DNA of 64,000 nucleotides from Escherichia coli 042 (GTDB lineage Bacteria; Pseudomonadota; Gammaproteobacteria; Enterobacterales; Enterobacteriaceae): NCBI RefSeq assembly GCF_000027125.1, contig NC_017626.1; one strand, 5' to 3'. Shown piece by piece: positions 45,345 to 56,139 of this stretch (position 1 is its first letter; each line of letters starts with the position of its first letter). The notes under the pieces were generated by a model. It saw only the letters and a program-made list of their open reading frames with translations, ran no database searches and was not told where the DNA came from. The position numbers and the translations under genes were made by a program.

Positions 45345-46247
45345 GTGAAAATTGCCATATTGTCCCGGGATGGAACGCTCTATTCGTGTAAGCGGCTTCG
45401 TGAAGCCGCTATACAGCGCGGTCACCTGGTTGAAATTCTTGATCCGCTTTCTTGCTACATGAACATAAATCCTGCGGCGTCTTCTATTCACTACAAAGGC
45501 CGCAAGTTACCCCATTTTGATGCTGTGATCCCGCGTATTGGTACCGCCATTACCTTTTATGGGACGGCGGCACTGCGCCAGTTCGAGATGCTGGGGAGCT
45601 ATCCGCTCAATGAGTCGGTCGCCATTGCCCGGGCGCGTGACAAATTGCGTTCAATGCAACTGCTGGCGCGTCAGGGCATCGACCTGCCTGTCACGGGCAT
45701 TGCGCATTCGCCGGATGATACCAGCGATTTAATCGACATGGTCGGTGGTGCGCCGCTGGTGGTTAAGCTGGTTGAAGGTACGCAGGGAATTGGTGTCGTG
45801 CTGGCGGAGACGCGTCAGGCGGCCGAAAGCGTGATTGACGCCTTTCGCGGTCTGAACGCGCATATTCTGGTGCAGGAATATATCAAAGAGGCGCAAGGGT
45901 GCGATATCCGCTGCCTGGTTGTTGGGGATGAAGTGGTCGCGGCGATTGAACGGCGGGCGAAAGAGGGCGATTTTCGTTCCAATTTGCATCGTGGCGGCGC
46001 GGCAAGCATCGCCAGTATCACACCACAGGAGCGTGAAATCGCGATAAAAGCCGCGCGAACGATGGCGCTGGACGTTGCTGGTGTGGATATTCTGCGTGCT
46101 AATCGCGGGCCATTGGTGATGGAGGTGAATGCGTCGCCGGGGCTGGAAGGAATAGAAAAAACCACCGGTATCGACATCGCGGGTAAAATGATCCGCTGGA
46201 TCGAACGCCACGCTACGACCGAATATTGCCTGAAAACGGGTGGTTAG
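45345..46247 (+). CDS. rimK: Ribosomal protein S6 glutamate ligase RimK (ATP-grasp, 300 aa), GTG start
   Basis: (M)[33 protein letters not shown]...; GTG at 45345. Confidence 0.93.
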   Translation: MKIAILSRDGTLYSCKRLREAAIQRGHLVEILDPLSCYMNINPAASSIHYKGRKLPHFDAVIPRIGTAITFYGTAALRQFEMLGSYPLNESVAIARARDKLRSMQLLARQGIDLPVTGIAHSPDDTSDLIDMVGGAPLVVKLVEGTQGIGVVLAETRQAAESVIDAFRGLNAHILVQEYIKEAQGCDIRCLVVGDEVVAAIERRAKEGDFRSNLHRGGAASIASITPQEREIAIKAARTMALDVAGVDILRANRGPLVMEVNASPGLEGIEKTTGIDIAGKMIRWIERHATTEYCLKTGG

Positions 46248-46334
46248 TCGCAATCACATTACTGATCATGGTTTTGCCTGCGCTTTTTGCGTAAGCTGTG
46301 CCGGTCTTTTTATCGAAAGAGGTTGTACAAAATT

Positions 46335-46811
46335 ATGACATCGCTGGTCGTTCCTGGTCTGGATACGTTGCGTCAATGGCTCGATGACCTGGGGATGAGT
46401 TTTTTTGAATGTGATAACTGTCAGGCTCTGCATCTGCCCCATATGCAGAATTTCGACGGTGTCTTTGATGCCAAAATCGATCTGATCGATAACACGATCC
46501 TGTTTTCTGCCATGGCGGAAGTCCGACCTTCAGCCGTATTGCCGCTGGCGGCGGATTTATCAGCCATCAATGCCAGTTCGCTGACCGTGAAAGCATTTCT
46601 TGATATGCAGGATGATAATCTGCCAAAGCTGGTGGTTTGCCAGTCTTTATCCGTTATGCAGGGCGTAACCTATGAGCAGTTTGCATGGTTCGTGCGTCAG
46701 AGCGAAGAGCAGATTTCGATGGTCATTCTTGAAGCTAATGCCCATCAACTGCTGTTACCGACTGACGATGAAGGGCAAAACAACGTTACCGAAAACTATT
46801 TCCTCCACTGA
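46335..46811 (+). CDS. ybjN: YbjN family protein (158 aa)
   Basis: MTSLVVPGLDTLRQWLDDLGMSFFECDNCQALHLPHMQNFDG...; start trimmed from ORF 46287. Confidence 0.9.
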   Translation: MTSLVVPGLDTLRQWLDDLGMSFFECDNCQALHLPHMQNFDGVFDAKIDLIDNTILFSAMAEVRPSAVLPLAADLSAINASSLTVKAFLDMQDDNLPKLVVCQSLSVMQGVTYEQFAWFVRQSEEQISMVILEANAHQLLLPTDDEGQNNVTENYFLH

Positions 46812-47161
46812 TAACTCCTTTCGAGTACGCAGTCGCTGCCGCAGTGACTGCGTGCTGCAAAATTATCTGCTGTTTTTAACCTTTTCTTAAAGATTATTTC
46901 ACTTCTCTTGTGCCGATTTGGCTTTATCACATAGAGCAAATACGCATAAAAATTTGTTAAATACCGTTTTTTAATCCGAGCTATAGTCTCAAACCCTGGC
47001 TAAAGTTATTCTTGCGATGCTTTTATATAGCGAGCAGTGCTGGCCGGGAGAGAGTTCTCTTTTCTTACACCGCGCCGATAAAAAATATGCACGTTTATTG
47101 CATATCTTTCAGTGTGACAACTTTTGTTCGTTTGTTAACGAACTTTCAGAAGGAAAGAGAT

Positions 47162-48274
47162 ATGACCGCCTTAAATAAAAAATGGCTATCGGGTCTGGTT
47201 GCGGGTGCTCTGATGGTCGTCTCTGTCGGCACGCTCGCGGCTGAACAAAAAACACTCCACATTTATAACTGGTCTGATTATATCGCCCCGGACACGGTGG
47301 CCAATTTTGAAAAAGAAACCGGTATTAAAGTCGTCTACGATGTTTTCGACTCTAACGAAGTACTGGAAGGCAAATTAATGGCGGGTAGCACCGGCTTTGA
47401 CCTGGTGGTGCCGTCAGCAAGCTTTCTGGAGCGCCAGTTGACTGCGGGAGTTTTCCAGCCGCTGGATAAAAGCAAATTGCCGGAGTGGAAGAATCTCGAC
47501 CCGGAGCTGCTGAAGTTGGTCGCCAAACACGATCCCGACAATAAATTTGCTATGCCCTATATGTGGGCGACGACCGGGATTGGCTATAACGTCGATAAAG
47601 TCAAAGCGGTACTGGGCGAAAACGCGCCCGTCGATAGCTGGGACTTGATCCTCAAGCCTGAAAATCTGGAAAAACTGAAAAGCTGCGGTGTCTCTTTCCT
47701 CGATGCACCAGAAGAAGTTTTTGCTACCGTGCTGAATTATCTCGGTAAAGATCCCAACAGCACTAAAGCAGATGATTACACCGGACCGGCAACCGATCTG
47801 CTGTTAAAGCTGCGCCCGAACATTCGTTATTTCCATTCATCTCAATACATTAACGACCTGGCAAACGGCGATATCTGCGTCGCTATTGGCTGGGCGGGCG
47901 ATGTCTGGCAGGCGTCAAACCGCGCGAAGGAAGCGAAGAATGGCGTTAATGTCTCGTTCTCGATTCCGAAAGAAGGGGCGATGGCGTTCTTTGATGTCTT
48001 CGCCATGCCTGCGGATGCCAAAAATAAAGACGAAGCCTATCAGTTCCTGAATTACCTGCTGCGCCCGGATGTGGTGGCGCATATTTCCGACCATGTGTTC
48101 TATGCCAACGCGAACAAAGAAGCTACGCCGCTGGTAAGCGCGGAAGTGCGTGATAATTCAGGGATTTATCCTCCGGCGGACGTTCGTGCGAAGTTGTTCA
48201 CTCTGAAAGTGCAGGATCCAAAAATAGACCGTGTGCGCACCCGCGCGTGGACCAAAGTGAAGAGCGGAAAATAA
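47162..48274 (+). CDS. potF: Putrescine ABC transporter periplasmic binding protein PotF (370 aa)
   Basis: MTALNKKWLSGLVAGALMVVSVGTLAAEQKTLHIYNWSDYIAPDTV...; start trimmed from ORF 47012. Confidence 0.95.
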   Translation: MTALNKKWLSGLVAGALMVVSVGTLAAEQKTLHIYNWSDYIAPDTVANFEKETGIKVVYDVFDSNEVLEGKLMAGSTGFDLVVPSASFLERQLTAGVFQPLDKSKLPEWKNLDPELLKLVAKHDPDNKFAMPYMWATTGIGYNVDKVKAVLGENAPVDSWDLILKPENLEKLKSCGVSFLDAPEEVFATVLNYLGKDPNSTKADDYTGPATDLLLKLRPNIRYFHSSQYINDLANGDICVAIGWAGDVWQASNRAKEAKNGVNVSFSIPKEGAMAFFDVFAMPADAKNKDEAYQFLNYLLRPDVVAHISDHVFYANANKEATPLVSAEVRDNSGIYPPADVRAKLFTLKVQDPKIDRVRTRAWTKVKSGK

Positions 48275-48368
48275 TCCGCAGTCGTAGATGCCGGACGGGC
48301 GCACCACACCCGCCGGCAATTCGCACCATTATGGTGCGCTTGCACACATTCAATGCCGGAGAGCAGCC

Positions 48369-49502
48369 GTGAATGACGCTATCCCTCGCCCGCAGGCGAA
48401 AACCCGTAAGGCGCTGACGCCGCTATTAGAAATCCGCAACCTCACCAAATCCTACGATGGTCAACATGCGGTGGATGATGTCAGCCTGACCATCTACAAA
48501 GGTGAAATCTTCGCGCTGCTGGGCGCATCCGGCTGTGGCAAGTCCACGCTGCTGCGTATGCTGGCAGGTTTCGAACAACCTCCTGCCGGACAGATAATGC
48601 TTGATGGCGTCGATTTGTCACAGGTACCGCCTTACCTGCGCCCCATCAATATGATGTTTCAGTCTTACGCGCTGTTTCCGCATATGACCGTGGAACAGAA
48701 TATCGCTTTTGGCCTGAAACAGGACAAATTGCCGAAAGCGGAAATTGCCAGCCGGGTCAATGAGATGCTCGGGCTGGTGCATATGCAGGAGTTCGCCAAA
48801 CGCAAACCGCATCAGCTTTCCGGCGGTCAGCGACAGCGTGTGGCACTGGCCCGAAGCCTTGCCAAGCGCCCGAAACTATTACTGCTCGATGAGCCGATGG
48901 GCGCGCTGGATAAAAAGCTGCGTGACCGGATGCAGCTTGAAGTGGTGGATATTCTGGAGCGTGTCGGTGTGACTTGTGTGATGGTCACCCACGATCAGGA
49001 AGAGGCGATGACCATGGCGGGGCGCATCGCCATTATGAATCGTGGGAAATTTGTCCAGATTGGCGAACCGGAAGAGATCTATGAGCATCCGACCACCCGC
49101 TATAGCGCTGAATTTATCGGTTCGGTTAATGTCTTTGAAGGTGTACTCAAAGAGCGTCAGGAAGATGGTCTGGTGCTTTATTCGCCGGGACTGGTGCACC
49201 CACTGAAAGTCAATGCAGATGCTTCAGTGGTTGATAACGTGCCGGTACACGTAGCGCTGCGTCCGGAAAAAATCATGCTTTGCGAAGAGCCGCCCGCCAA
49301 TGGTTGTAACTTCGCGGTGGGGGAGGTGATACACATTGCCTATCTCGGCGATCTTTCGGTATATCACGTTCGTCTGAAAAGTGGGCAGATGATCAGCGCC
49401 CAGCTACAAAACGCCCATCGTCATCGTAAAGGGTTACCGACCTGGGGCGATGAAGTGTGTTTGTGCTGGGAAGTGGACAGCTGTGTGGTGCTGACGGTTT
49501 AA
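48369..49502 (+). CDS. potG: Putrescine ABC transporter ATP-binding protein PotG (377 aa), GTG start
   Basis: (M)NDAIPRPQAKTRKALTPLLEIRNLTKSY...GASGCGKST...LSGGQRQR; in-frame GTG at 48369. Confidence 0.92.
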   Translation: MNDAIPRPQAKTRKALTPLLEIRNLTKSYDGQHAVDDVSLTIYKGEIFALLGASGCGKSTLLRMLAGFEQPPAGQIMLDGVDLSQVPPYLRPINMMFQSYALFPHMTVEQNIAFGLKQDKLPKAEIASRVNEMLGLVHMQEFAKRKPHQLSGGQRQRVALARSLAKRPKLLLLDEPMGALDKKLRDRMQLEVVDILERVGVTCVMVTHDQEEAMTMAGRIAIMNRGKFVQIGEPEEIYEHPTTRYSAEFIGSVNVFEGVLKERQEDGLVLYSPGLVHPLKVNADASVVDNVPVHVALRPEKIMLCEEPPANGCNFAVGEVIHIAYLGDLSVYHVRLKSGQMISAQLQNAHRHRKGLPTWGDEVCLCWEVDSCVVLTV

Positions 49503-49511
49503 GGAGCAAAG

Positions 49512-50456
49512 ATGAGTACACTTGAACCTGCTGCCCAGCCAAAACCCTTTAAGCTGTGGCTGTCGCAGTTGCAAATGAAGCATGGGCGCAAACTGGTGAT
49601 TGCGCTGCCCTATATCTGGCTAATCCTGCTGTTTCTGCTGCCATTTCTGATCGTTTTTAAAATAAGCCTGGCGGAGATGGCGCGCGCCATTCCACCTTAT
49701 ACCGAACTGATGGAGTGGGCTGACGGGCAACTTTCCATCACTCTTAATCTCGGTAATTTCCTGCAACTGACCGACGATCCGCTCTATTTCGATGCTTATC
49801 TCCAGTCGCTACAGGTGGCGGCGATTTCGACTATTTGCTGTTTACTGATCGGCTATCCGCTGGCGTGGGCGGTGGCGCACAGTAAGCCCTCGACCCGTAA
49901 TATCTTATTGCTACTGGTGATCCTGCCGTCGTGGACCTCGTTTCTGATTCGCGTTTATGCCTGGATGGGAATATTAAAAAATAACGGCGTGCTGAATAAT
50001 TTTCTGCTGTGGCTGGGGGTTATCGATCAACCTCTGACCATTCTTCATACCAATCTGGCCGTTTATATTGGCATTGTTTACGCCTATGTGCCGTTTATGG
50101 TGCTGCCGATTTATACCGCGTTGATTCGTATTGATTATTCGCTGGTGGAAGCGGCACTGGATCTCGGTGCAAGACCGCTGAAAACGTTCTTTACTGTGAT
50201 CGTGCCGCTGACCAAAGGCGGGATTATTGCCGGATCGATGCTGGTGTTTATCCCGGCTGTGGGCGAGTTTGTGATCCCTGAACTGCTCGGTGGCCCGGAC
50301 AGCATCATGATCGGGCGCGTGCTATGGCAGGAGTTCTTTAACAATCGCGACTGGCCGGTGGCCTCAGCGGTAGCGATCATCATGTTGCTGCTGCTAATTG
50401 TGCCGATAATGTGGTTCCACAAGCATCAGCAAAAAAGCGTGGGAGAACACGGATGA
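49512..50456 (+). CDS. potH: Putrescine ABC transporter permease PotH
   Basis: MSTLEPAAQPKPFKLWLSQLQMKHGRKLVIALPYIWLILLF...; permease profile. Confidence 0.93.
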   Translation: MSTLEPAAQPKPFKLWLSQLQMKHGRKLVIALPYIWLILLFLLPFLIVFKISLAEMARAIPPYTELMEWADGQLSITLNLGNFLQLTDDPLYFDAYLQSLQVAAISTICCLLIGYPLAWAVAHSKPSTRNILLLLVILPSWTSFLIRVYAWMGILKNNGVLNNFLLWLGVIDQPLTILHTNLAVYIGIVYAYVPFMVLPIYTALIRIDYSLVEAALDLGARPLKTFFTVIVPLTKGGIIAGSMLVFIPAVGEFVIPELLGGPDSIMIGRVLWQEFFNNRDWPVASAVAIIMLLLLIVPIMWFHKHQQKSVGEHG

Positions 50457-51298
50457 ATAATTTACCGGTCGTTCGTTCGCCCTGGCGGATTGTGATTTTG
50501 CTGCTGGGCTTCACCTTTCTCTACGCGCCAATGCTGATGCTGGTGATCTATTCATTCAACAGCTCGAAGCTGGTGACGGTGTGGGCCGGCTGGTCAACGC
50601 GCTGGTATGGCGAATTATTGCGCGATGACGCGATGATGAGTGCGGTTGGTTTAAGCCTGACAATTGCGGCCTGTGCGGCGACGGCGGCGGCGATCCTCGG
50701 GACGATTGCGGCGGTCGTGCTGGTGCGCTTTGGCAGGTTTCGCGGATCAAATGGTTTTGCTTTTATGATCACCGCGCCGCTGGTGATGCCAGATGTCATC
50801 ACGGGCTTGTCGCTATTGTTGTTATTCGTCGCGCTTGCTCATGCCATTGGCTGGCCTGCGGACCGCGGTATGCTCACCATCTGGCTGGCGCATGTCACTT
50901 TCTGTACGGCTTATGTGGCAGTCGTTATTTCGTCGCGTCTGCGGGAACTGGATCGCTCGATAGAAGAAGCAGCGATGGATCTCGGTGCGACGCCGCTGAA
51001 AGTGTTTTTCGTCATTACGCTACCGATGATCATGCCCGCGATCATTTCTGGCTGGTTACTGGCTTTTACTTTGTCGCTTGATGATCTGGTGATCGCCAGC
51101 TTTGTTTCCGGGCCGGGAGCCACCACGTTACCGATGCTGGTCTTTTCCAGCGTGCGGATGGGGGTGAATCCGGAAATCAACGCCCTGGCAACATTGATCC
51201 TCGGCGCGGTCGGAATTGTCGGATTTATCGCCTGGTATCTGATGGCGCGCGCAGAAAAACAGCGGATACGCGACATCCAGCGTGCAAGACGTGGCTGA
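50453..51298 (+). CDS. potI: Putrescine ABC transporter permease PotI (281 aa)
   Basis: MNNLPVVRSPWRIVILLLGFTFLYAPMLMLVIYSFNSSK...; ATG overlaps the potH stop (ATGA). Confidence 0.93.
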   Translation: MNNLPVVRSPWRIVILLLGFTFLYAPMLMLVIYSFNSSKLVTVWAGWSTRWYGELLRDDAMMSAVGLSLTIAACAATAAAILGTIAAVVLVRFGRFRGSNGFAFMITAPLVMPDVITGLSLLLLFVALAHAIGWPADRGMLTIWLAHVTFCTAYVAVVISSRLRELDRSIEEAAMDLGATPLKVFFVITLPMIMPAIISGWLLAFTLSLDDLVIASFVSGPGATTLPMLVFSSVRMGVNPEINALATLILGAVGIVGFIAWYLMARAEKQRIRDIQRARRG

Positions 51299-51357
51299 AG
51301 ACACTAAAATTTGCCAACCTGGCTACATAATGCCGCGCATGTCGCGGCATTGTTTTC

Positions 51358-51846
51358 ATGGAAGACGAAACGTTGGGATTTTTTAAGAAAACATCTTCAT
51401 CTCATGCTCGCCTGAATGTGCCTGCGCTGGTGCAGGTGGCGGCGCTCGCCATTATTATGATCCGTGGCCTCGACGTGCTGATGATTTTCAATACGCTGGG
51501 CGTGCGCGGTATTGGCGAGTTCATTCATCGCAGCGTACAAACCTGGAGTTTAACGCTGGTCTTTTTAAGCAGTCTGGTGTTGGTTTTTATTGAGATCTGG
51601 TGTGCGTTTTCACTGGTGAAAGGGCGTCGCTGGGCGCGCTGGCTGTATCTGTTGACACAAATCACGGCCGCAAGTTACTTGTGGGCGGCTTCGCTGGGGT
51701 ATGGTTATCCGGAGCTGTTCAGCATTCCCGGTGAATCAAAACGTGAAATCTTCCATAGCCTGATGCTGCAGAAGCTGCCGGATATGCTCATCCTGATGCT
51801 GCTGTTCGTTCCCTCGACCAGTCGGCGGTTCTTCCAGTTGCAATAA
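51358..51846 (+). CDS. ybjO: Inner membrane protein YbjO (162 aa)
   Basis: Hydrophobic small protein at the K-12 position between potI and rlmC. Confidence 0.85.
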   Translation: MEDETLGFFKKTSSSHARLNVPALVQVAALAIIMIRGLDVLMIFNTLGVRGIGEFIHRSVQTWSLTLVFLSSLVLVFIEIWCAFSLVKGRRWARWLYLLTQITAASYLWAASLGYGYPELFSIPGESKREIFHSLMLQKLPDMLILMLLFVPSTSRRFFQLQ

Positions 51847-51886
51847 TGTGTATAATCGTCGCCCCTGATGATGTGAAGGTCAATGT

Positions 51887-53014
51887 ATGCAGTGCGCACT
51901 TTACGACGCGGGTCGCTGTCGTTCCTGTCAGTGGATAACGCAGCCGATTCCAGAGCAACTCTCCGCTAAAACCGCCGATCTTAAAAATCTGCTCGCCGAC
52001 TTTCCGGTTGAGGAATGGTGCGCACCGGTGTCAGGCCCGGAACAAGGGTTTCGTAATAAAGCCAAAATGGTGGTGAGTGGTAGCGTTGAAAAACCACTGC
52101 TCGGTATGCTGCATCGAGACGGCACACCGGAAGACCTTTGTGACTGCCCGCTTTATCCTGCCTCATTTGCGCCCGTTTTTGCGGCGCTAAAACCGTTTAT
52201 CGCCCGAGCGGGGTTAACGCCCTACAACGTGGCGCGTAAGCGTGGCGAACTGAAATACATTCTGCTGACTGAAAGCCAGAGCGATGGCGGCATGATGCTG
52301 CGCTTTGTACTGCGTTCTGATACCAAGCTGGCGCAACTGCGTAAGGCGCTGCCGTGGTTACAGGAACAACTACCGCAGCTGAAAGTTATCACCGTCAATA
52401 TTCAGCCGGTACATATGGCGATCATGGAAGGGGAGACGGAGATCTACCTGACTGAACAACAGGCGCTGGCAGAGCGTTTTAACGACGTACCGCTGTGGAT
52501 CCGTCCGCAAAGTTTCTTCCAGACCAATCCGGCGGTCGCCAGCCAGCTTTACGCTACCGCGCGCGACTGGGTGCGGCAACTACCGGTAAACCATATGTGG
52601 GATCTCTTCTGCGGCGTGGGGGGCTTTGGTTTACACTGCGCGACGCCTGACATGCAGTTAACCGGGATCGAAATTGCACCAGAGGCCATTGCCTGTGCGA
52701 AGCAGTCAGCCGCTGAACTGGGCTTAACGCGTTTGCAATTTCAGGCGCTGGACTCCACTCAGTTTGCTACCGCCCAGGGGGAAGTGCCGGGGCTGGTGCT
52801 GGTTAACCCGCCGCGACGTGGCATTGGTAAACCGCTATGTGATTATCTCTCAACGATGGCACCGCGTTTTATCATCTACTCCAGCTGTAACGCCCAAACC
52901 ATGGCGAAAGATATCCGTGAACTGCCTGGTTATCGCATCGAACGGGTACAGCTTTTCGATATGTTCCCCCACACCGCGCATTACGAAGTGCTGACGCTGC
53001 TGGTGAAGCAATAA
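51887..53014 (+). CDS. rlmC: 23S rRNA (uracil747-C5)-methyltransferase RlmC (RumB), 375 aa
   Basis: [20 protein letters not shown]... N-terminal Cys cluster plus SAM-MTase motifs ([10 protein letters not shown]). Confidence 0.93.
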   Translation: MQCALYDAGRCRSCQWITQPIPEQLSAKTADLKNLLADFPVEEWCAPVSGPEQGFRNKAKMVVSGSVEKPLLGMLHRDGTPEDLCDCPLYPASFAPVFAALKPFIARAGLTPYNVARKRGELKYILLTESQSDGGMMLRFVLRSDTKLAQLRKALPWLQEQLPQLKVITVNIQPVHMAIMEGETEIYLTEQQALAERFNDVPLWIRPQSFFQTNPAVASQLYATARDWVRQLPVNHMWDLFCGVGGFGLHCATPDMQLTGIEIAPEAIACAKQSAAELGLTRLQFQALDSTQFATAQGEVPGLVLVNPPRRGIGKPLCDYLSTMAPRFIIYSSCNAQTMAKDIRELPGYRIERVQLFDMFPHTAHYEVLTLLVKQ

Positions 53015-53042
53015 AAAAGCCGCAGGTGCGGCTTTCTGAATC

Positions 53043-53774
53043 TTACTGTGGGAACCACTGGTCATTGATTTTCTGATACGTGCCGTCAGCTTTAATTGCT
53101 GCCAGTGCGTTATTGAGTTTTTCCAGCAAGGCTTTGTTATCCGGGCGTACAGCGATGCCCAGACCGGTGCCGAAGTATTGCGGATCGGTCACTTTTTCAG
53201 TAGCAACGCCCAGTTGCGGATTGGTTTTCAGCCATTCGTTTACCACCGCTGTGTCACCAAACACGCCATCAATACGGCCATTTTTCAGATCGATAAAGGC
53301 ATTCTGATAACTGTCATAGGAGACAGTTTTCACTTCGGGGTGCTGATCTTGAATATATTTCTGGTGCGTGGTGCCGTTTTCCATCCCAATACGTTTGCCT
53401 TTCAGGTCGGCAAACGTTTTGTAGGTATCTTTTTTGGCAATCACGACGGCTGAGTTTTCATAGTAGGGCGTGGTAAATGATACCTGTTTGCTACGCTCCG
53501 GCGTGATATCCATTCCGGAGATTACGGCGTCATATTTTCTGAATTTCAGTGACGGGATCAGGCTGTCGAACGCGTGATTAGTAAAAGTACATTCTGCCTG
53601 CATTTGTTTGCACAAGGCTTTTGCCAGGTCGATATCAAAGCCGACAATCTCATTATTAGCACCTATAGATTCAAAGGGTGGATAGGTGGCTGAAACGCCA
53701 AAATTGATTTTCTCTGCGGCAGAAGCACCGAAAGTAAAGGAAGCAAGTAAAGCGGCAAGAACTAACTTTTTCAT
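53043..53774 (-). CDS. artJ: Arginine ABC transporter periplasmic binding protein ArtJ (243 aa)
   Basis: MKKLVLAALLASFTFGASAAEKINFGVSATYPPFESIGANNEIVGFDIDLAKALCKQM...; start trimmed from ORF 53825. Confidence 0.95.
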   Translation of the reverse strand: MKKLVLAALLASFTFGASAAEKINFGVSATYPPFESIGANNEIVGFDIDLAKALCKQMQAECTFTNHAFDSLIPSLKFRKYDAVISGMDITPERSKQVSFTTPYYENSAVVIAKKDTYKTFADLKGKRIGMENGTTHQKYIQDQHPEVKTVSYDSYQNAFIDLKNGRIDGVFGDTAVVNEWLKTNPQLGVATEKVTDPQYFGTGLGIAVRPDNKALLEKLNNALAAIKADGTYQKINDQWFPQ

Positions 53775-53889
53775 GATGGAACTCCCGTCTGTCAATCTTA
53801 TGATTTTTGGCCGTGTCTGCGGCATGGGATAACAATGCCATCAAGTGAATTTATATGCAATAAATATGATTAAATAATTTAAATGAAAT

Positions 53890-53923
53890 AAAAAAATACG
53901 GACAACTTAGTGAGTTGTCCGTA
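53890..53923 (-). terminator. Rho-independent terminator of the artPIQM operon
   Basis: Minus-strand stem tacggacaact/agttgtccgta with loop followed by T7 (plus strand shows A-run 53890-53896). Confidence 0.65.
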
Positions 53924-53948
53924 TTCATTATAAGAATTTATGCACTAT

Positions 53949-53985
53949 GTAGGCCGGATAAGGCGTCCGCGCCGCATCCGGCATC
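53949..53985. repeat. REP element
   Basis: gtaggccggataaggcgtccgcgccgcatccggca matches the E. coli REP consensus. Confidence 0.7.
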
Positions 53986-53999
53986 AGCACGCAGCCAAA

Positions 54000-54668
54000 T
54001 TAATTCCTTCGCTCAAACGCCAGTGCTTTGCGCTCGATCAGACGCATCATCAGCGTCAGCAGGCCGTTAACGACCAGATAAATAATCCCTGCCGCGCCGA
54101 ACACCATTACATCGTAGGTGCGTCCGTACAACAACTGGCTGTATCCCATCACTTCCATCAGCGTAATGGTGTAAGCCAGAGAGGTACTTTTGAACACCAG
54201 CACCACTTCGTTGGAATAAGAAGAGAGCGAGCGTTTAAAGGCATACGGCAGCAGGATCGCCAGCGTATCTTTTTTGCTCATTCCCAGGGCGCTACAGGAC
54301 TGCCACTGACCTTCCGGGATCGCACGAATTGCACCGTAAAACAGCTGCGTGGTATACGCCGCACTGTTCAGCGACAACGCAATCAGCGCACACAGCCACG
54401 GTTCTGACAGCAAATGCCACAGTGCCGGATACTCCTGCAACGTCGGGAACTGGCCCGGCCCGTAATAAATCAGGAAGATCTGCACCAGCAGCGGCGTACC
54501 GGTAAACAGCGTGATATAACCCCGCACCAGCCACACCAGCACCGGCGTTTTCAGCGTCAGGATGATGGTAAAAATCAACGCCAGAATCAGTGCCACAATC
54601 AGCGAGGCAACGGTTAGCGTCAGGCTGGTGTGCAGCCCTTTCATCAGTTCGGGTAAATACTCAAACAT
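54000..54668 (-). CDS. artM: Arginine ABC transporter permease ArtM (222 aa)
   Basis: Permease; operon order artP-artI-artQ-artM. Confidence 0.93.
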   Translation of the reverse strand: MFEYLPELMKGLHTSLTLTVASLIVALILALIFTIILTLKTPVLVWLVRGYITLFTGTPLLVQIFLIYYGPGQFPTLQEYPALWHLLSEPWLCALIALSLNSAAYTTQLFYGAIRAIPEGQWQSCSALGMSKKDTLAILLPYAFKRSLSSYSNEVVLVFKSTSLAYTITLMEVMGYSQLLYGRTYDVMVFGAAGIIYLVVNGLLTLMMRLIERKALAFERRN

Positions 54669-55384
54669 TAGCCAGGCCTCCGCTCAAAACGTGTCGCGCG
54701 CAGGTCAATGCGTTTGAGAATGTACTGACTGAGCAGGGTGATCACCAGGTAAATCGCCGCCGCCACAATGTACCAGGTAAATGGTTCCTGGGTACGGGTA
54801 GCGATGCTTTTGGTTTGTAGCATTAAATCATTCACACTAATCAAACTGACCAGCGCGGTATCTTTCAGCAGCACCAGCCACTGGTTACCGAGACCCGGCA
54901 GCGCATGACGCCACATTTGCGGCATCACCAGACGGAAAAAGATAGCTGATTTCGACAGCCCCAGCGCCTGACCGGATTCCCACTGACCCACCGGTACCGC
55001 TTTTAATGCACCACGCAGCGTTTGCGAGGCATAGGCGGCATACAGCAGTGACAGAGCGATGACACCACAAAGGAACGGGCTAACGTCGAAGTTCTCAATG
55101 TCCATCTGCACCGGGATCTGCACGAACCCAAGATTGATGGTGAAGCCATCCGAAAGCGTCAGCAGCAGCTGCGAGGAGCCAAAATAGATAAACAGCACCA
55201 CCAGAATTTCTGGCAGGCCACGCAGAATGGTTACCAGCGCTGAACCTGCCCACGCGACAGGACGCCATTTTGCCGACTCCCATACCGCAAAGAACATCGC
55301 CAGCGCCAGCCCGACAATCAATGCACAAACGGCAAGGCCGACGGTCATCCCGGCGGCGCTTGCTAAAGGAAAAAATTCATTCAT
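54668..55384 (-). CDS. artQ: Arginine ABC transporter permease ArtQ (238 aa)
   Basis: Permease; 1-nt overlap with artM. Confidence 0.93.
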   Translation of the reverse strand: MNEFFPLASAAGMTVGLAVCALIVGLALAMFFAVWESAKWRPVAWAGSALVTILRGLPEILVVLFIYFGSSQLLLTLSDGFTINLGFVQIPVQMDIENFDVSPFLCGVIALSLLYAAYASQTLRGALKAVPVGQWESGQALGLSKSAIFFRLVMPQMWRHALPGLGNQWLVLLKDTALVSLISVNDLMLQTKSIATRTQEPFTWYIVAAAIYLVITLLSQYILKRIDLRATRFERRPG

Positions 55385-55390
55385 CAGGAA

Positions 55391-56122
55391 TTACTTCTGG
55401 AACCATTTGTTATAGATGGTTTCGTAAGTGCCATCTTTCTTCACTTTTTCCAGCGCAGTGTTGAGTTTCTGCTGCAATTCAGTGTTGCCCTGGCGTACTG
55501 CGATGCCGAGGCCAGTACCGAAGTAATCTTTATCGGTCACTTTATCGCCCACTGCCGCCAGTTTCGGGTTGTCTTTCAGCCACTCGGTGACCACTGCAGT
55601 GTCACCGAATACGCTGTCGATACGACCGTTTTGCAGATCCAGTTTTGCGTTCTGGTAGCTGTCATACGGAACGGTGGTGATTTCCGGGTGCTTATCCATA
55701 ATGAACTTCTGGTGTGTCGTCCCGTTCTGAACGCCGACTTTTTTGCCTTTCAGCTGATCAACACTGGTGTATTTGCCTTGCTGACCCACAAACAGGGCAG
55801 AGTTGTCATAGTAAGGGGTGGTAAACAGCACCTGCTTTTCACGCTCCGGAGTGATATCCATGCCCGCCATCACTGCTTCTACGCGACGGAATTTCAGGCT
55901 TGGGATCAGGCTGTCAAACGCCTGGTTAGAGAAAGTGCAGGTTGCATCAATCTCTTTACACAATGCCTGCGCCAGGTCGACGTCAAAACCAACGATCTGG
56001 TTGTTTGCATCAATCGATTCAAACGGAGGATAGGAGGCTTCGGTGGCAAAACGAATGGTTTCGGCAGCTGTGGCGGAAAGACTAAAACCTGCAATTAACG
56101 CGGCAATCAGAACTTTTTTCAT
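55391..56122 (-). CDS. artI: Arginine ABC transporter periplasmic binding protein ArtI (243 aa)
   Basis: MKKVLIAALIAGFSLSATAAETIRFATEASYPPFESIDANNQIVGFDVDLAQALCKEID... Confidence 0.95.
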   Translation of the reverse strand: MKKVLIAALIAGFSLSATAAETIRFATEASYPPFESIDANNQIVGFDVDLAQALCKEIDATCTFSNQAFDSLIPSLKFRRVEAVMAGMDITPEREKQVLFTTPYYDNSALFVGQQGKYTSVDQLKGKKVGVQNGTTHQKFIMDKHPEITTVPYDSYQNAKLDLQNGRIDSVFGDTAVVTEWLKDNPKLAAVGDKVTDKDYFGTGLGIAVRQGNTELQQKLNTALEKVKKDGTYETIYNKWFQK

Positions 56123-56139
56123 TGTTGTTATCCCGAATC

